Assembly: GCA_011109175.1 (NCBI GenBank)
Contig: RDEW01000004.1
Coordinates: 163,976 to 227,975, forward strand
Length of the DNA: 64,000 nucleotides
Origin: Dicyema japonicum
Lineage: Eukaryota > Animalia > Dicyemida
Reading direction: 5' to 3'
Part shown: piece by piece, positions 41,701-54,146 of the stretch
How positions within the stretch are numbered: position 1 is the stretch's first letter
Layout of the letters: the number at the start of each line of letters is the position of its first letter
The notes under the pieces: generated by a model
Told to the model about the DNA's origin: nothing
Seen by the model: only the letters and a program-made list of their open reading frames with translations
Databases searched by the model: none
Made by a program: the position numbers and the translations under genes

Positions 41701-42733
41701 CCTTCTAAGATGAAGGGATAACTCTCACTGCTGAGACGGCAAGAGAGCAGGTGAAGCTCTTTGCAGTCCACAACGGGTCCACAGCGGCACGGATCAGGGT
41801 GGCACATGTCGAATCCGAGACAAATAGATATGTCAATTCATAGGGCATCCTGTTCCAGAAGCGAAGTTGATGTGGTCTTTTTGAATTTATGATTAATTTT
41901 GACAAAAAGTGATTAACGTGGCTACTGGTTTGATGTGTGAATTGCCTTAATAAAATTCAAATGTAAGTTACGGGTGTTCTCAGTTTGTTACCCCCCAAGT
42001 GTCATCTTTTGCCAACATAATATTGGTGAGGTTACTACTGAAAAGGAGATTTTGTATGGTGATGTCGCTGCTGCTCTTCGTGTTCTTAAGAAAACTGACA
42101 ACAAATGGACAACTAAGCCCACATTCATATTTAAGGTGATTGGATTACAGAGAACAAGACATTATGGATTGCTTCAAGTAGACTTCCAATGATAGAGGGT
42201 ATTAGACGGACATCCATATTTAATCCAGGCCTCATTGGTGCACGGGGAAAATTATTAATCTACAAAAATATTTAATAGCTAGAGGCAATTAGGGAATTCC
42301 CTTTGGCAAGAAATGGTATTCAAATAAATAGCCAGGTGGTTAATTAGTCACAAGTTGTGATGGTGGCGTATCTCTCTTTCATAATTTCGTGCGAACTGCC
42401 CTCTTGAGAAGAACATCAAGTACCTCTTAAAAATTTCGATTCCGGCAATCCCAAAGGTTTGTAGTATCATACTCTCCTGAAAGGATCGGATGTTATTTTT
42501 CACAAGAGAAAAATCATCACAATCAGAGTCGCGAGAAAGGCCGAGAGTAAAAGGAAGCAACTATACAGCCTCATCCATCTAGAAAGTTAGTGGAGAAATG
42601 GTTTCATTTGTACGAGACAGTTTTCGGGATCTTTACTAAGATAGTTGAGAATAATAACGTTATGAAAATTAACTCTGTCCAAAGGTGTGAGTGTGCTAGT
42701 TTTCATTTATCTAAGTTATTCCATTGTCGAGAC

Positions 42734-42760
42734 CAGGGGTTCTCAAACTTTTTCATCCAT
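42734..42760. mobile_element. hAT (Charlie/Buster-type) terminal inverted repeat, orphan end
   Basis: CAGGGGTTCTCAAACTTTTT is a typical hAT-Buster terminus; partner end not found. Confidence 0.4.
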
Positions 42761-43202
42761 CACACTTATTAGCAAAATTTACAAAAATTTTGTTGGTTGC
42801 AGCATAAGCCCATAACGGGTATTCATGTAGCCACGATGTTCCACGTGTTCATATGTTCTTTTTTCTTCACCGATATGAGTCTAGCCTGGATGACAGTGTC
42901 ATAAATGGCAGACAAAAATCTGATACTTATCGACTGGACCTCGCTGTTGTACACTCCGACTGAAAGTACCACTGATCTACGATGTTTCCTGGCCTAACGA
43001 ACGACACCATAATCAGTGATCCCTCAACTCACATGGAACTAAAAAAATAAATTAAGACCATTCCTTGGACTCCTTCAGCGATTAGTCAGGAAAACACGGC
43101 CAGTAGGTGATCCCGTCCACTCCAAACAACCACCTCATCTTCGCTCGATTTTCTTCACAGGATCCAACAAAAATAGTTTCAACAATAAATTTATTAATAA
43201 AT

Positions 43203-43656
43203 TCAGTCACTACAAATTCCTAGTAAAACAGAGTCAGCCTCATTAGCAGAAACCCAATGCTTGGCACCAAAATTTGCAACTTTTTCATGACTCGTCAGCA
43301 ACAAATACACGCGGGTGTTTTTTTCCAGTAGACTTGACATCCCCTTTTTATATTTTACAATAGCATTAAATTTCCCCCATAATCCGCGTGGACGTGAGTA
43401 CTCGTTACTGCCACTATCCTTCCAATAACAATTTTTCCCTCTGGATCTCCAAGTCGAATAAATGGGGACCTTTAATCTCATATTTTTTATCCATACTTTT
43501 TTAAATGATCAATAAAGGACTCATCAAGTTCTTCTGATTTAAAATCTGCTTTAAAATATAAAATCTACTTTCAGTAGAATATTTTAATGCATTGAAACGA
43601 TCATAAAATCTCGTCTTACTTCTCAAGCCATTTAAAATTGAAGGGATCAACCTCAT
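43203..43656 (-). CDS. Small protein resembling mitoribosomal mS34 (MRPS34)
   Basis: Spliced (25-nt intron) product has STESRFYILKQIL, NCYWK..RPRGLWG and YLLLTSHEK, recalling mS34 RESRLLQLL, PCYWRL..GKAWG and WRLVPKHEE. Recognised from memory only. Confidence 0.45.
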
Positions 43657-43849
43657 CACAATAAGTTTCAAATAATAATTTTTAATAAAAATATTATACA
43701 ATTCGTTTATTTTAAAGTTAATTTATATTTCACTTTAAATTACCTGGGATAATTATAGGGATTATTGTTGTACATTTATCCCCGTCGACTCACTTTCTTT
43801 GGGTCTAAACAAACAAAAGGAGAATTATTTCTACCCTGGGTGATCAAAT

Positions 43850-44310
43850 TCTGATTCCACGAACCATCCCAAAGATTGATTGAGCCCTACCACGTGAAAT
43901 TCGTGTCCATAAATTGTGGTCACCACATGGATTTACATTCGTATACTTACAGGATTCGACAATCGTACTCTCCACTATGCCCATCATGCTTTCATGACGA
44001 CCAGAAGATGGGTCACCTTTTCTTTCGTATAGGTTCACCTCCGAGTTTTGCATAGAACCAAATATACCTGTTGGATCTCTGGGAGCATTCATTCTTTGCC
44101 GTTAAGTTCTGTACTTTCACGGAAAGTGCTGTGTGTTTCTTCTAAACCTACTCTGATACAACTCTCACCTCCGAATACTTTACATGGAATTTCCTTACTT
44201 ATTACAATTTTTGATAAACTAGGCACAAAAGTCACAACTAATTTATCCAAGGAGGGTACCCAATGAGGCATTGCATGGAGAGAAAAACCAGGTCGCCCTC
44301 CCACCAACCG
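43850..44310 (-). mobile_element. Degenerate transposase, Merlin/ISXO2-like
   Basis: KLGG...IVES...RGR..IFGMV motif order; homologous to 53280-53420. Confidence 0.4.
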
Positions 44311-44427
44311 TTAACACAGATCATGTATTTCAAACGCTTTCTTTATAAAAGCTCAGGATTCTTGGATATATCTGAGAAGAAAACATCATTAGCATATATA
44401 AGTAACTGTGCATTGTAAAATCTAGAC

Positions 44428-44720
44428 CAGTGGTCGGTAGGCTTTTTGCCAAAATTTTATTTTTTATGAGACGCGGGCTAAACGAGAAAAATTATTAAAT
44501 TTTCACAGAAGTGAATTTATTTTTTAATAAAGTATTTAATGTCCAGAACAGCGAGACGCCAGAGCTGCGGGGTCAATGCTCAAAATACGAAAAAAATATT
44601 TTTCATAAAACATTTTATTGGAAGAAATTATTAATAATAAAAAAATAAAACTAATATAATATTTTTTGAAAATATCAATTATAAAATATGGTTCTGGTGG
44701 AATTAACACAAGAAGCAATT
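44428..44720 (-). mobile_element. hAT-Buster transposon 3' end with TIR
   Basis: tctagac|CAGTGGTCGGTAGGCTTTTT terminus. Minus-strand FRILSIDPAALASRCSGH* resembles the Buster/GTF2IRD2-type C-terminus. Confidence 0.55.
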
Positions 44721-45640
44721 AAAATAATTAAGATATTCAGTGAATCAGTACAACTAGATAAATCCATTGACCGGAGAGAAAAAACAAATATCATGCGATT
44801 TGCTCGAAGTTTCAATGAATCCGCGGCTTACATCACTAAAAATGGTCGAGAGTTGGGATTCTTTTGTATTGAGGAAGCTGAATTAAAACTAAAATACATT
44901 GAAGTTTTATATTTGTTGATTTAAATTAGGCTCAACATAATTTAAATCACTTTGGACGTGATAAATTATATAGTTTATTGTCACTTACCATTTATGGTGC
45001 ATGACGTAGTGAAGTGGCTACTGTGGTATCTAAATGTGTTTATTATAAATTGTTAATTCTAACAATTCTAGTCTAATGCTTGCGACTAAACCAGTAATTA
45101 CGCCTATTATTGCTTATGAGAGACCGATACATTGTAGATCTTGTCGATTTAAGGCGATATTCCACACAAAATGAAAATTATTCCTGGGTAATTATTTTGC
45201 AGTATAATTAACTGATTCTTGTTTTAATTGATTCTTTTTTAAAATTAGGTGTGGTAGAAAGTGCTGTTAGCAAATCTGCAAATGTGATTTGCCGAATCCT
45301 GAATGGAATTTTTTGCATAATTGGATCTCCAATTATTCTCCATACAAATAATGGAAAGGAATTCAAAAATTCCCATATAGAACAACTTTGCGAAAAATAC
45401 AATATTTCCCACGTTTCGGGAGGACCACGTGCTCAATGGATCACGGACAAGTCGAACGGTATTTTTTGTTTAATGTCAATAGATTTAATCAATAATCAGA
45501 TGGATCTCATCGGCGAGTGCATCGAGAAGCATCTTTGGATGATATATCAATTTGATAAAAGACACTGTTCGCGATTATAACCATGCTGTCCACGATACAA
45601 CAAAACAAAAACCATTTGAAATTTTTTTCAGTGTGAATCT
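44700..45640 (+). mobile_element. Degenerate DDE integrase (Ginger/gypsy-like rve core)
   Basis: IGSPIILHTNNGKEFKN..LCEKYNISHVSGGPR..; YNHAVHDTTKQKPFEIFF. Confidence 0.65.
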
Positions 45641-46540
45641 TTCTAAAAATCTGAAAAAAAGGGAATTAGAAGCGCTACTAGATTTTGACGGCCGTGTGCA
45701 GCATATCGAGTCCGCACATAGATTTTTCTTGTCCTCCGAATTTTTTCAATTAACGACAAGCGGTCCTCTTCAGCAGGGAATGTTTCCTCACATGTATGGC
45801 AAGTAGAGTAAGTGGAAATGGTAATTCATGGTGGCGGAAGACACAGTTCAGACAGGCCATAACGAAAGCACACAGGCAAAAGACTTGGACAACTCCAAAT
45901 ACCATGAAGAAGTCAAAAAATTTCATTTGGCTCGGGATTTGTATCTTGTCAAGAATCAGAGATCGGACAGAGTTTACCATCCATAAAAAATGATGTAATA
46001 CGCATAACTTCTCAATGATTGAGATTCACCATTAAACACTGAGAGACAAATGTTCTGAAATGTTAACTATCCACCTGGATGGAGCTAAGACCTGAATCCT
46101 AGTTGCATCAGATGTTTCATTTGTTCAGAACTAAGAACTTCCAATTCCTCTGGAATCCGTCACTTTGTCATAGAATTAAGATATTCTGTGCAATAGATGT
46201 ACGTCACCACCCTTCAGACTAATTAACCACTTGGCTAGCTTTCTGAAAAAAACAACAATTAAAAAAATTCCAAAGACCACGGTAGTACCGAAATAACTAC
46301 TCAAATGATCCGGAATGTTGCAGCAAAGATCCCATTAGATACTCCTCCCTAGAGCTCACACGGGCACCTATCAAGCGTAGAACTGGATCCTCATGAATTA
46401 TTTATTTTATTATTTCTTTAAAAAAATTTTTTTTAACAATTAAACAAATGTCAGTTGAGGAAGCCTGCTGCGGATTATTTAAAATATAATTATTTTTTTG
46501 AAATTATTTGAAAAATAACATTATTAATTAATTGTTAATT

Positions 46541-48526
46541 TTACCTCTTGCCAGTAGAGGCTATGACCTGTCTATATCTGTTAATGAGTTCCATTTTGTC
46601 CTCCAGCATCTTTTTATCACTCTAATTAATAAATAGGACTGTCAGACTAATTTCTTGTCCTTCAGTTTGTTCGACTTCTCAATCAACATCACTTTTCGTT
46701 CCTCCCTCATCAACGCAAGTCTTTCTTTCAGCTAAACGTGTTCACCCGAATAACCTCCACTACGGACATTTCTGACAAAAGTCCATGATTTCCCGTTTCC
46801 GTGAAGTCGTGAAAAGTCGAATTCATCTTCACACACAGCAAGGATTCCTGTAACTTAATTTCGGCTATTAGTTTCTGTTTTCATCCATTTCCTCCTCCAT
46901 CTGAATAAGTTCCCCAAAAACCTCTCTTTCATGCTCTTTTCTTTGTTTTTCGAGTTCCAGTTGGTCGTTTAATTCTATTTAACCATAAATTACTACTCTG
47001 CTGCCTATTCCTTGATTTGATCTCTTCTTTGGACTCCTTCACGTGCTCCTTTATCTTCTCGAACTCTTTCTTTAAATCACTAATTTTAAAATGTCCCGAA
47101 TACTTGGTTTTCTTTAGTTTGTCCATCAAATTTGCGTTTATTTTGTCCAGTATTTGTTTTGTCTGGAATTTAGGTGTTTGTTATACCTCTTCCTTAACCT
47201 GGGCCCCGATCTCTTCCTTATTCACTTTCCGGTTCTCAACTGACTTGGTCGCTTTGTACCGTCCTTCAATCACTGATTCATGCAGTCTATTCCTCTTCTC
47301 CTCCTCTTCTTCTTTCATTTTCGACGTCTCCACCTTGAGGTACTGATCATATTCATATGAATCTCCATTTCCTTCCGCCAAGTCGGTAATTCTGCGGAAT
47401 TATTAAGTGGTTACTTTTTGATCTCCGAATCGCGGATTTTTTCGTAAAACTGAGCTTCCCTTAAAACTGACGCCTTTGTAGGCTTAATTTCAGTCGGTTT
47501 GGTTGATATTAGCTTCCCTGGCTTACTTCGTTTGACTTCTTCGACTTCCACTGATTTTTTGGTTTGGATCGACACCCTCGAAATGTTCAGGGATAACTTA
47601 GGCTTTCGACGTCTTCTCTGAGATATATTTGCAGGACTTCTTACCCGATAGGATGCGATTTGGGAATCTGACTTTCGCGGTTCTGAAATGTTATTTTCTT
47701 CGACAATTTCCTTCGATTTGACTTCCGTTGGCTCCAATTTTTCGCTTTTTTGCTGAATTGGATCTACACCATCTTGTGGTCTCCACGTGGGCTGAGTTAA
47801 CTGAGTATTATTGTGAAAAATCAACCAAATCAGGGATCAAAATAGAAGGTGGTTTTGGTTTCGTGAGGTTAAAAGGAACTTGCCGTATAACCCGTTTATC
47901 CTTGACATCCTGCACGTGGACTTTGGACCCTATCAGAGAGGAGTTCAATGCGGCAAACTTGGAGCTATTCAGGGATTTTAATAAACTTTACTGGTTGATG
48001 TGACTGGTTATGTTAGTTCTTATAAACTCGGCGTCATACAAACAGTTCCACTCGTCCACGTGGTAATTGAAACTGTCCTCTGAGAGAAAATAGTTTAAAA
48101 ACTGAAATAACTAAAAATGGGGACTCTGTTCATTTTTAGAGGAGGTTGAGAACGAAGGATATTTTTGACTTCCGCCCAGTCGTAAACCCCAACCCCAACG
48201 ATCACCAAATACGACAGGACTGCTTATTTAGGTTAGTTTACCGATGTAGTAATAATACTCGGTTTTCCTGATCGTGTTCTTGTTGGAGTACCCTTCCACG
48301 AAGTTGTGAAGTATTTTCTTGAAATTTTGACATCCGTAGAATATTCCGGCTATTTTAGAACAGATCGTTGGGTCTTTGACCTAAATTTGAATTTTATCCC
48401 CCTACTTTAAATTTTTTGAAGTAATTTTCTATAAACGCTCCTTCGCTGATGCTTCCATCATACAATTCCAGGCTTCTAGAGCACAACTCCAAGTAAATAT
48501 CAATTTTAGATTTCATCCCTCGTCAT
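46541..48526 (-). CDS. CFAP99: Cilia- and flagella-associated protein 99-like
   Basis: GIFYGCQNFKKIL, ILRSQPPLKM, VDEWNCLYDAEFI, SVLREAQFYEK and EGNGDSYEY followed by a coiled coil, matching CFAP99 motif order. Micro-introns and some indels. Confidence 0.7.
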
Positions 48527-48658
48527 GGAAACAAATTATAATATTTTAATTGGAAAATTAATATTTTTATCTTCAAATAATTGTTCAATTTAAATTAAAT
48601 AAAAAAGGACATTATTCTTGGAAATTATTTTAAAGTTTAATTTTCTAGATTCTTGGTA

Positions 48659-48973
48659 GCCGCGTGGCGCCATGTGGTGTAGCGTGGTTAATTGGTTGAA
48701 GTTTTCTGCTTTCTTGTCTGTTCTTCCTGTCTCTTCCTATTAGAGTGGCGTCATGTGATCCACCTGTCTAGGTGACGCCCAGTGCCAGGCCAGCACGAAA
48801 AAGGATCATTTTCTCTCCCCCACTCCACTGGAGGGGTTTCCACAACTGCATGTAATGGACGTCTTACCTTTTATGCTGATTCTGGATGGACTCTGTAGAA
48901 GTGGAAATTGGATACACTTAATTAGTTGTTTACTTTAACTTCTTTCTCGGTGTATCCGGGGTTAATAAATAAA
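48659..48973 (+). mobile_element. Short non-autonomous retroelement sharing the 5' structured RNA with the Ingi-like LINE
   Basis: Starts CCGCGTGGCGCCATGT like 20023; has the same pseudoknot at 48747-48809; ends in a tail nearly identical to 62588-62648; degenerate TSD-like flanks. Confidence 0.6.
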
Positions 48974-49599
48974 TTTCTAAATCTTGTGACGTACTCTTTC
49001 AAAGTACAAGCAATTATAAGACCCCTTCGTAGAAGTAGGGAAGAGAGGGATCTTTTTGGATGCCTACGAATCGTCTCATGAGTCAGATGAAGAAAATGAC
49101 GCCTCTATGGATTGAAGATAGCAAAAACACTTAAGAAATATTTCGAATCTTTGATTTACACGAGTATTAATGTCTTCAGCTATAGATAAACCAGAACTCT
49201 TCACTACCACTCCCTCACCTGTCTCGTATAAGTAAGTAAATTTCTTATGATTCATTATTACATGGAACATCACAAATAGGTAGAATATCGGTCTCTTCAA
49301 TCGGTGTAATGATGGGTAAAACATGACACAGTCGATAGGCGTGAATCAACTGTAAAAGTTGGCGGGAACTAAATGTGACTTATGGAATGATGAAATTGCC
49401 AAGAATGGCTATCCAGGTACAATTGAATCAGTACTGAGATATAATTCCTCTGCAGACACTTCCGGTAGACCACAGGTTTGTTAGCGGATCATGCAAGGAA
49501 TCATGCTCTGACCATGGAATCCAAAGGTTGTATATTATGTGGCATTATAGGACCCATGCTGAATGATGTGATGGCGGAGTGTCATAAGTGCCAGGCAAT

Positions 49600-49850
49600 G
49601 AGGTTCCGTAATATACAGAAATTCCAATAAAGCATGGATGGACTCAACAATTTTAACACTTTTTGCGTGAATGGAAAATTATCAAAAGACAAACAAAAAT
49701 TTATTATCAATGCCCTTCCACAAATTCTGTGCAGAATTAAAGCAGATTAAAGTCATTTTTGACTGATCATTTTTACATCCAATGGACTAAGTAGTGATTA
49801 AGGTATTCAAGTCTCATTTCAACATGATGAGGTCTGTCAATATTACTCAA
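49600..49850 (+). mobile_element. pogo/Tigger DDE fragment
   Basis: AWMDSTI and FLHPMD*VVIKVFKSHF remnants. Confidence 0.45.
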
Positions 49851-50269
49851 AAATTGAGGCCGAAAAGAATGCTTATGTTGCAGAAAAAATCAATTCAAAA
49901 GATGTCGTATCATTCAGTGAAATAATCGAGGACTCCGTTTATAAACTGTTTCAAAGTGGAGTAGTAATAATAATTGTGAAGAAACAAGAGTAGAGTCTTT
50001 GTGAACTCAAAAATCAAATATTGAAGGTCAAATTTCAGGAGATATGTCTAAGAGTCGGGATAGAAAATAATGAATTACTTCAAAATCAAGAGGTTAATTA
50101 ATAACATACAATATATGGAATATAATAATAATTGTCAGCCCTTCCGCAGACCTCTAACAATGTTTCCATTACTCATTTCAGCTTAGGCAGAACTCAATTT
50201 ATTTTTATTATAAACCAATTTTATTTAACGCAAAAACTAACAGTTAACAACTGCTGACTGCTCTCTTGA

Positions 50270-50570
50270 GAACGGATTTCCCTTGACGATTTACAAGGAA
50301 ATGCGCTCAATGAGCCAATTCCTTTCTCTCCTTCCATTAGCAGGACCAGCGAGCCGATTCTGTTAGCAGAATCAGTCACCTATTTTTTATGATTCCTGAC
50401 GTTTCCACGACAACTGGTTCAAAAATGAACTGTCCATCGAGACATGCGTATTTCTTTAACTTTAGGGTCTCAGCTTTCTCCGAAGCAGAGCCTGAGCTAG
50501 TTATTGTCGTTGCAAGGTTGGAGGGAGAGAGGCCATCTACACAGGTGGCGTCCCAGGAAAGGTATTTACC
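50270..50570 (-). mobile_element. HERO/NeSL-type REL endonuclease fossil
   Basis: LSWDATCVD..AEKAETLKLKKYACLDGQFIFEPVVVETSG on the minus strand. Confidence 0.72.
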
Positions 50571-50579
50571 ACTTTTCCC

Positions 50580-50810
50580 TTTATTTAAGAAGAACAGTTA
50601 TGCTAAATAATCCATGGCAATCCAAGACATCGAGTTTTCTTAACTTCTTGTTCCGTTTTTTTTGCTTGTGTGAATCCCAGAGACAATCAGGTTCATCAGT
50701 GATGAATCATTGATGAAGGCGTCACTCGTGAATCCCAGAAGTATATGCATGGAACATTCTACCGAAATGGACAGCATAACCTGTAACTATATGGATTTGG
50801 TCCGGCACTA
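50580..50810 (-). mobile_element. tRNA-headed SINE copy
   Basis: Reverse complement of core GAGTGACGCC.TCATCA.TG...CACTG..GAACC.GATTGTC and tail TAACTGTTCTT. Confidence 0.65.
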
Positions 50811-51494
50811 ATTACACAGATATTTATTAGTCACTTAATGCAAAGAAACAATCCACGGTTGGCTAAGTACCTCAGCAGCCAAGAGACAGTAGAGATTAAC
50901 AAGGACAAGGACAGCTTCCCTAGAAAACAGCAAAATTGAATAAATCAAAAAATCTAACAGTCACTTGTCAAAATATTTTCTTCTGGCCTCAATTGCGTGC
51001 TTGTAAGAGATGAGATCGACCATATTAGTACGACACCATATTGTGGCTACCAATTTAAAGTCATTCTCAAATTGGAGATCCCCGATAAACATGAGACAAC
51101 TCCCAACAGAAGCCTGTAATCACGGAATAACTTAACCTCGTAAGGTTCCACAAGCTGAGTCATGACAACGAGGGTATTTACACCACTGGAGTCACTAAGA
51201 GTGCACGTGTGTTCTTTCAAATTGTAGGAGACTAATCTTTCGATGTATTTTAACCAATACCTCCGGTAACGCGCACGCGCTTATTCATAAGCTCATGTGA
51301 CTCAGAGTTCTTGATTTCTTCAACAAACACCACTTTCGGCAACAGGAAACCATAAAAGTTTATTAATTTCAAAACACAAATTAATTTTTATTATTTTCAA
51401 TAATTTAACAAACATTTGAATTTGCAAATTATTATTCTATTTTGATTCATTTAAATTTAGATGGCAAAATTAATAATTGTTTCCGTAGCAATCG

Positions 51495-53077
51495 ATGAGC
51501 CGAATAAAGAAGGTTTTTGACGTTGTTGTCCACAACACGCAAAATTACCAGTCCTCTAAGGGTCCTTTGACTAAATCTCCCTTTAAGGAATCCGAAGTGA
51601 TCAAAAGCGAGGAAATCCAGCCCAATGTGCTGTGTGTCAGCATTCCTCGAGTAGAAGAAGAAATCCAAGACTGGCAAGAAAAGGCATTGAACAAAACATT
51701 TGAGATTCCCGACTTAATTTCTCCTTTCATAAGCTTTGAGGAATTGCCAGCTGTTGATTTTTCAGAACTCAACTACATGACATTGGATAAAGATAATCAG
51801 ATCCAAAAGTGCGCGAAAAAATGTCGGGAATTGACTCTACCATTCAGATATGAAAGTAAGATAAATATCAAAAAATTGGCGCCAAAAAGTGAAGGAGGGA
51901 AAAAATGTTCAGAGTTAACATGCATAAAGGACAACGAAAGATTTTCTGTTTTTGTGAGAATTTTTCCATCAAAAAATAAAAAGGAAACTTTTTTATTCTA
52001 CAATGAAAGTCAAATTACAATTCAAACCAACGGAATCAAAGTATATTTCCAATTTGACTAAAGAAACGGGAATTTTCATTTAAGCGGGTTTTTTCGTCCA
52101 AATGCACAAACGAAGACGTTTACTACAATACAGTTTCCATGATGAGAGGGCCTTTTCTTACCGGAGAATCAGCCACATGCTTCACATTCGGACAGACCTG
52201 CAGTGGGAAGACATATACGTTGTTTGAAATGGAAAACTGTCCTGGGATTTGCTTCCAATTCGCAGCACACGTGCTTTCCAGTCTGGACTCACTCAATGTG
52301 TCCGTCTATGAAATTTATTACGAGAAGATAATCGACTTGCTCTCAGAAAATAGTAAAAAGTAGCTTTCTTTGTCATCTAGTTCCCTCCTGATGTGTTCAG
52401 ACGAGGAGTCTAATCTACAGGTCCTCAATCTAACGGTTTTGGAGATTTCAACCATCGAGGACCTGGTTGGAGTGATTTCTGACTGCCTGAGCCGACGAGT
52501 GGTGGACAGCAGTGATAGCTTTGGGCACTCATCGTCGAGATCTCACATGGTGGTGAGATTTGAGAATCCCCACTACAACAAGTAAAGAGAAATTCAAATT
52601 CTAGTCAGTTTTATTTCATTGATTTGGCGGGCTCAGAACGCGTACGTATTAACAGTGACCCAACCTGGTCTATTGATGCTGGAAACATAAATTCTACCCT
52701 TCTGGCTGTATTATACTTATATAACCCCCAAGCTGAAGGAATGTATCCGAGGGTACTCAAAAAATCGACCTCACGTGCCCTTTCGCAGGAGTAAACTTAC
52801 CAGACTGCTAAATCATGTGTTTGGGGAACACAGAATTTTCTCTGTGTGTACTGTGCGGGAGGACGAGGCTGAACAGAGTTTAAATACCCTGGAATATGCT
52901 GAAAGACTGAGTGGACTGACTGGGAGGAGTTTTAGTGATCCCTTCGTTGCTGAAAAGTCGGTGGAAAAGGTATGGAGACGAAAGATTGGAAGGAGGGAAG
53001 AGCATTTGAATGAATGTAGTGCCTTTAGCAAGCAATATGTGCATAAATTGGTCAAATCCGCTAGAAACATTAACTGA
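51495..53077 (+). CDS. Kinesin, kinesin-13 (KIF2/KIF24)-like, divergent
   Basis: ATCFTFGQTCSGKT, YEIYYEKIIDLL, SSSRSH, FIDLAGSER, LLALKECIR, HVPFRRSKLT, SLNTLEYAERL. Four introns of 21-24 nt. Confidence 0.9.
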
Positions 53078-53279
53078 CTTTATATATTTTTGAATAATTT
53101 GTTTTGACTTCCAAGTAGGGGACGACTCCTTGCTTTGCTCAGGATTTCACATTCGCTTTCATCACTAAACTACCAGTAGTGTGCATCATAGGTGAGCTCA
53201 CCATGGCGTTGGACACCTTGGCCTGGATAAAGGAATACAGTTAATCCTATTTAATATAATAGAAAACTTGGCATGCCTA

Positions 53280-53420
53280 CGTTTTGGTCACCACGTATGT
53301 TCGTATCTGAACAAAATCGGACAATCGTCCTCTCCACTTTGCCCATCATGCCTTCTTGTTCGGGTCCGCCTTCGAGTTCTGCACAGAACCAAATACACCC
53401 GTCGGATTATGGGAGCGTTC
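53280..53420 (-). mobile_element. Second Merlin/ISXO2-like fragment
   Basis: DNA-level similarity to 43920-44090 (GACAATCGT.CTCTCCACT.TGCCCATCATGC; GAACCAAATA.ACC). Confidence 0.4.
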
Positions 53421-54146
53421 GCTCTTATTTTTTGAACGTTCTTAAACCGCAAATTTTTTCACTCGAAGGGACCGGGGGTAAATAAATAGAAAAGTATTTC
53501 ACTACTCACTGAAATGCCGTTTGGGGAAAATTCATATGCACACGTGTACAGATATGCTATCTGTTCACAGTTTTCTATGAAATTTTGAATTTGTCCTGTC
53601 TTTAGTGCCAAAAATGCTCCCAAAGTGGCTAAAAGACAATTATTAGAGAACCTATCATAAAATCTGGGAGACCATCGACATTAACTCTTGAGCTTACTGA
53701 TTTCCACTAAAAGTCTTCAGAAACTGATGGGGGTCAAAGGTGGAAGATTAAAGTGAGGAAGTAAAGACAGGGAAAAATCTCATAATATGGAAACCGTCAG
53801 TACGACAAAGAATCCTCATGTCTTAATTTACCCTTTAGAATATTCCATCCAAACTTGTTTTAGCATACAAATCACCAAGATCATCATAAACCTCATATAA
53901 AAGATTGATCAGTGATCTTCCATCTGCACATGTCTTAACTTTCCGTCTTCAATCGATCTGAATGAGCAAATCTCGTCTCCCACATAGTCCTTAAAAAGTA
54001 ACATCACCAGTTGTTATTCCTATGAAAAAAAACTTTAGTTTTGATCTTTAGATGGGAAGGACCTTGTTTCCTGAGTTTATTGCGAGGAACACCTCAAAGT
54101 CACGAATTGACTTTACTAGGTCATGCCAATTGATGAAATGTCAATA

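Noticed and set aside
48770-48785. GGTGACGCCC similarity to U12 snRNA
   Set aside because: It lacks the U12 branch-pairing region and Sm site, and is explained as the P1 strand of the retroelement RNA.
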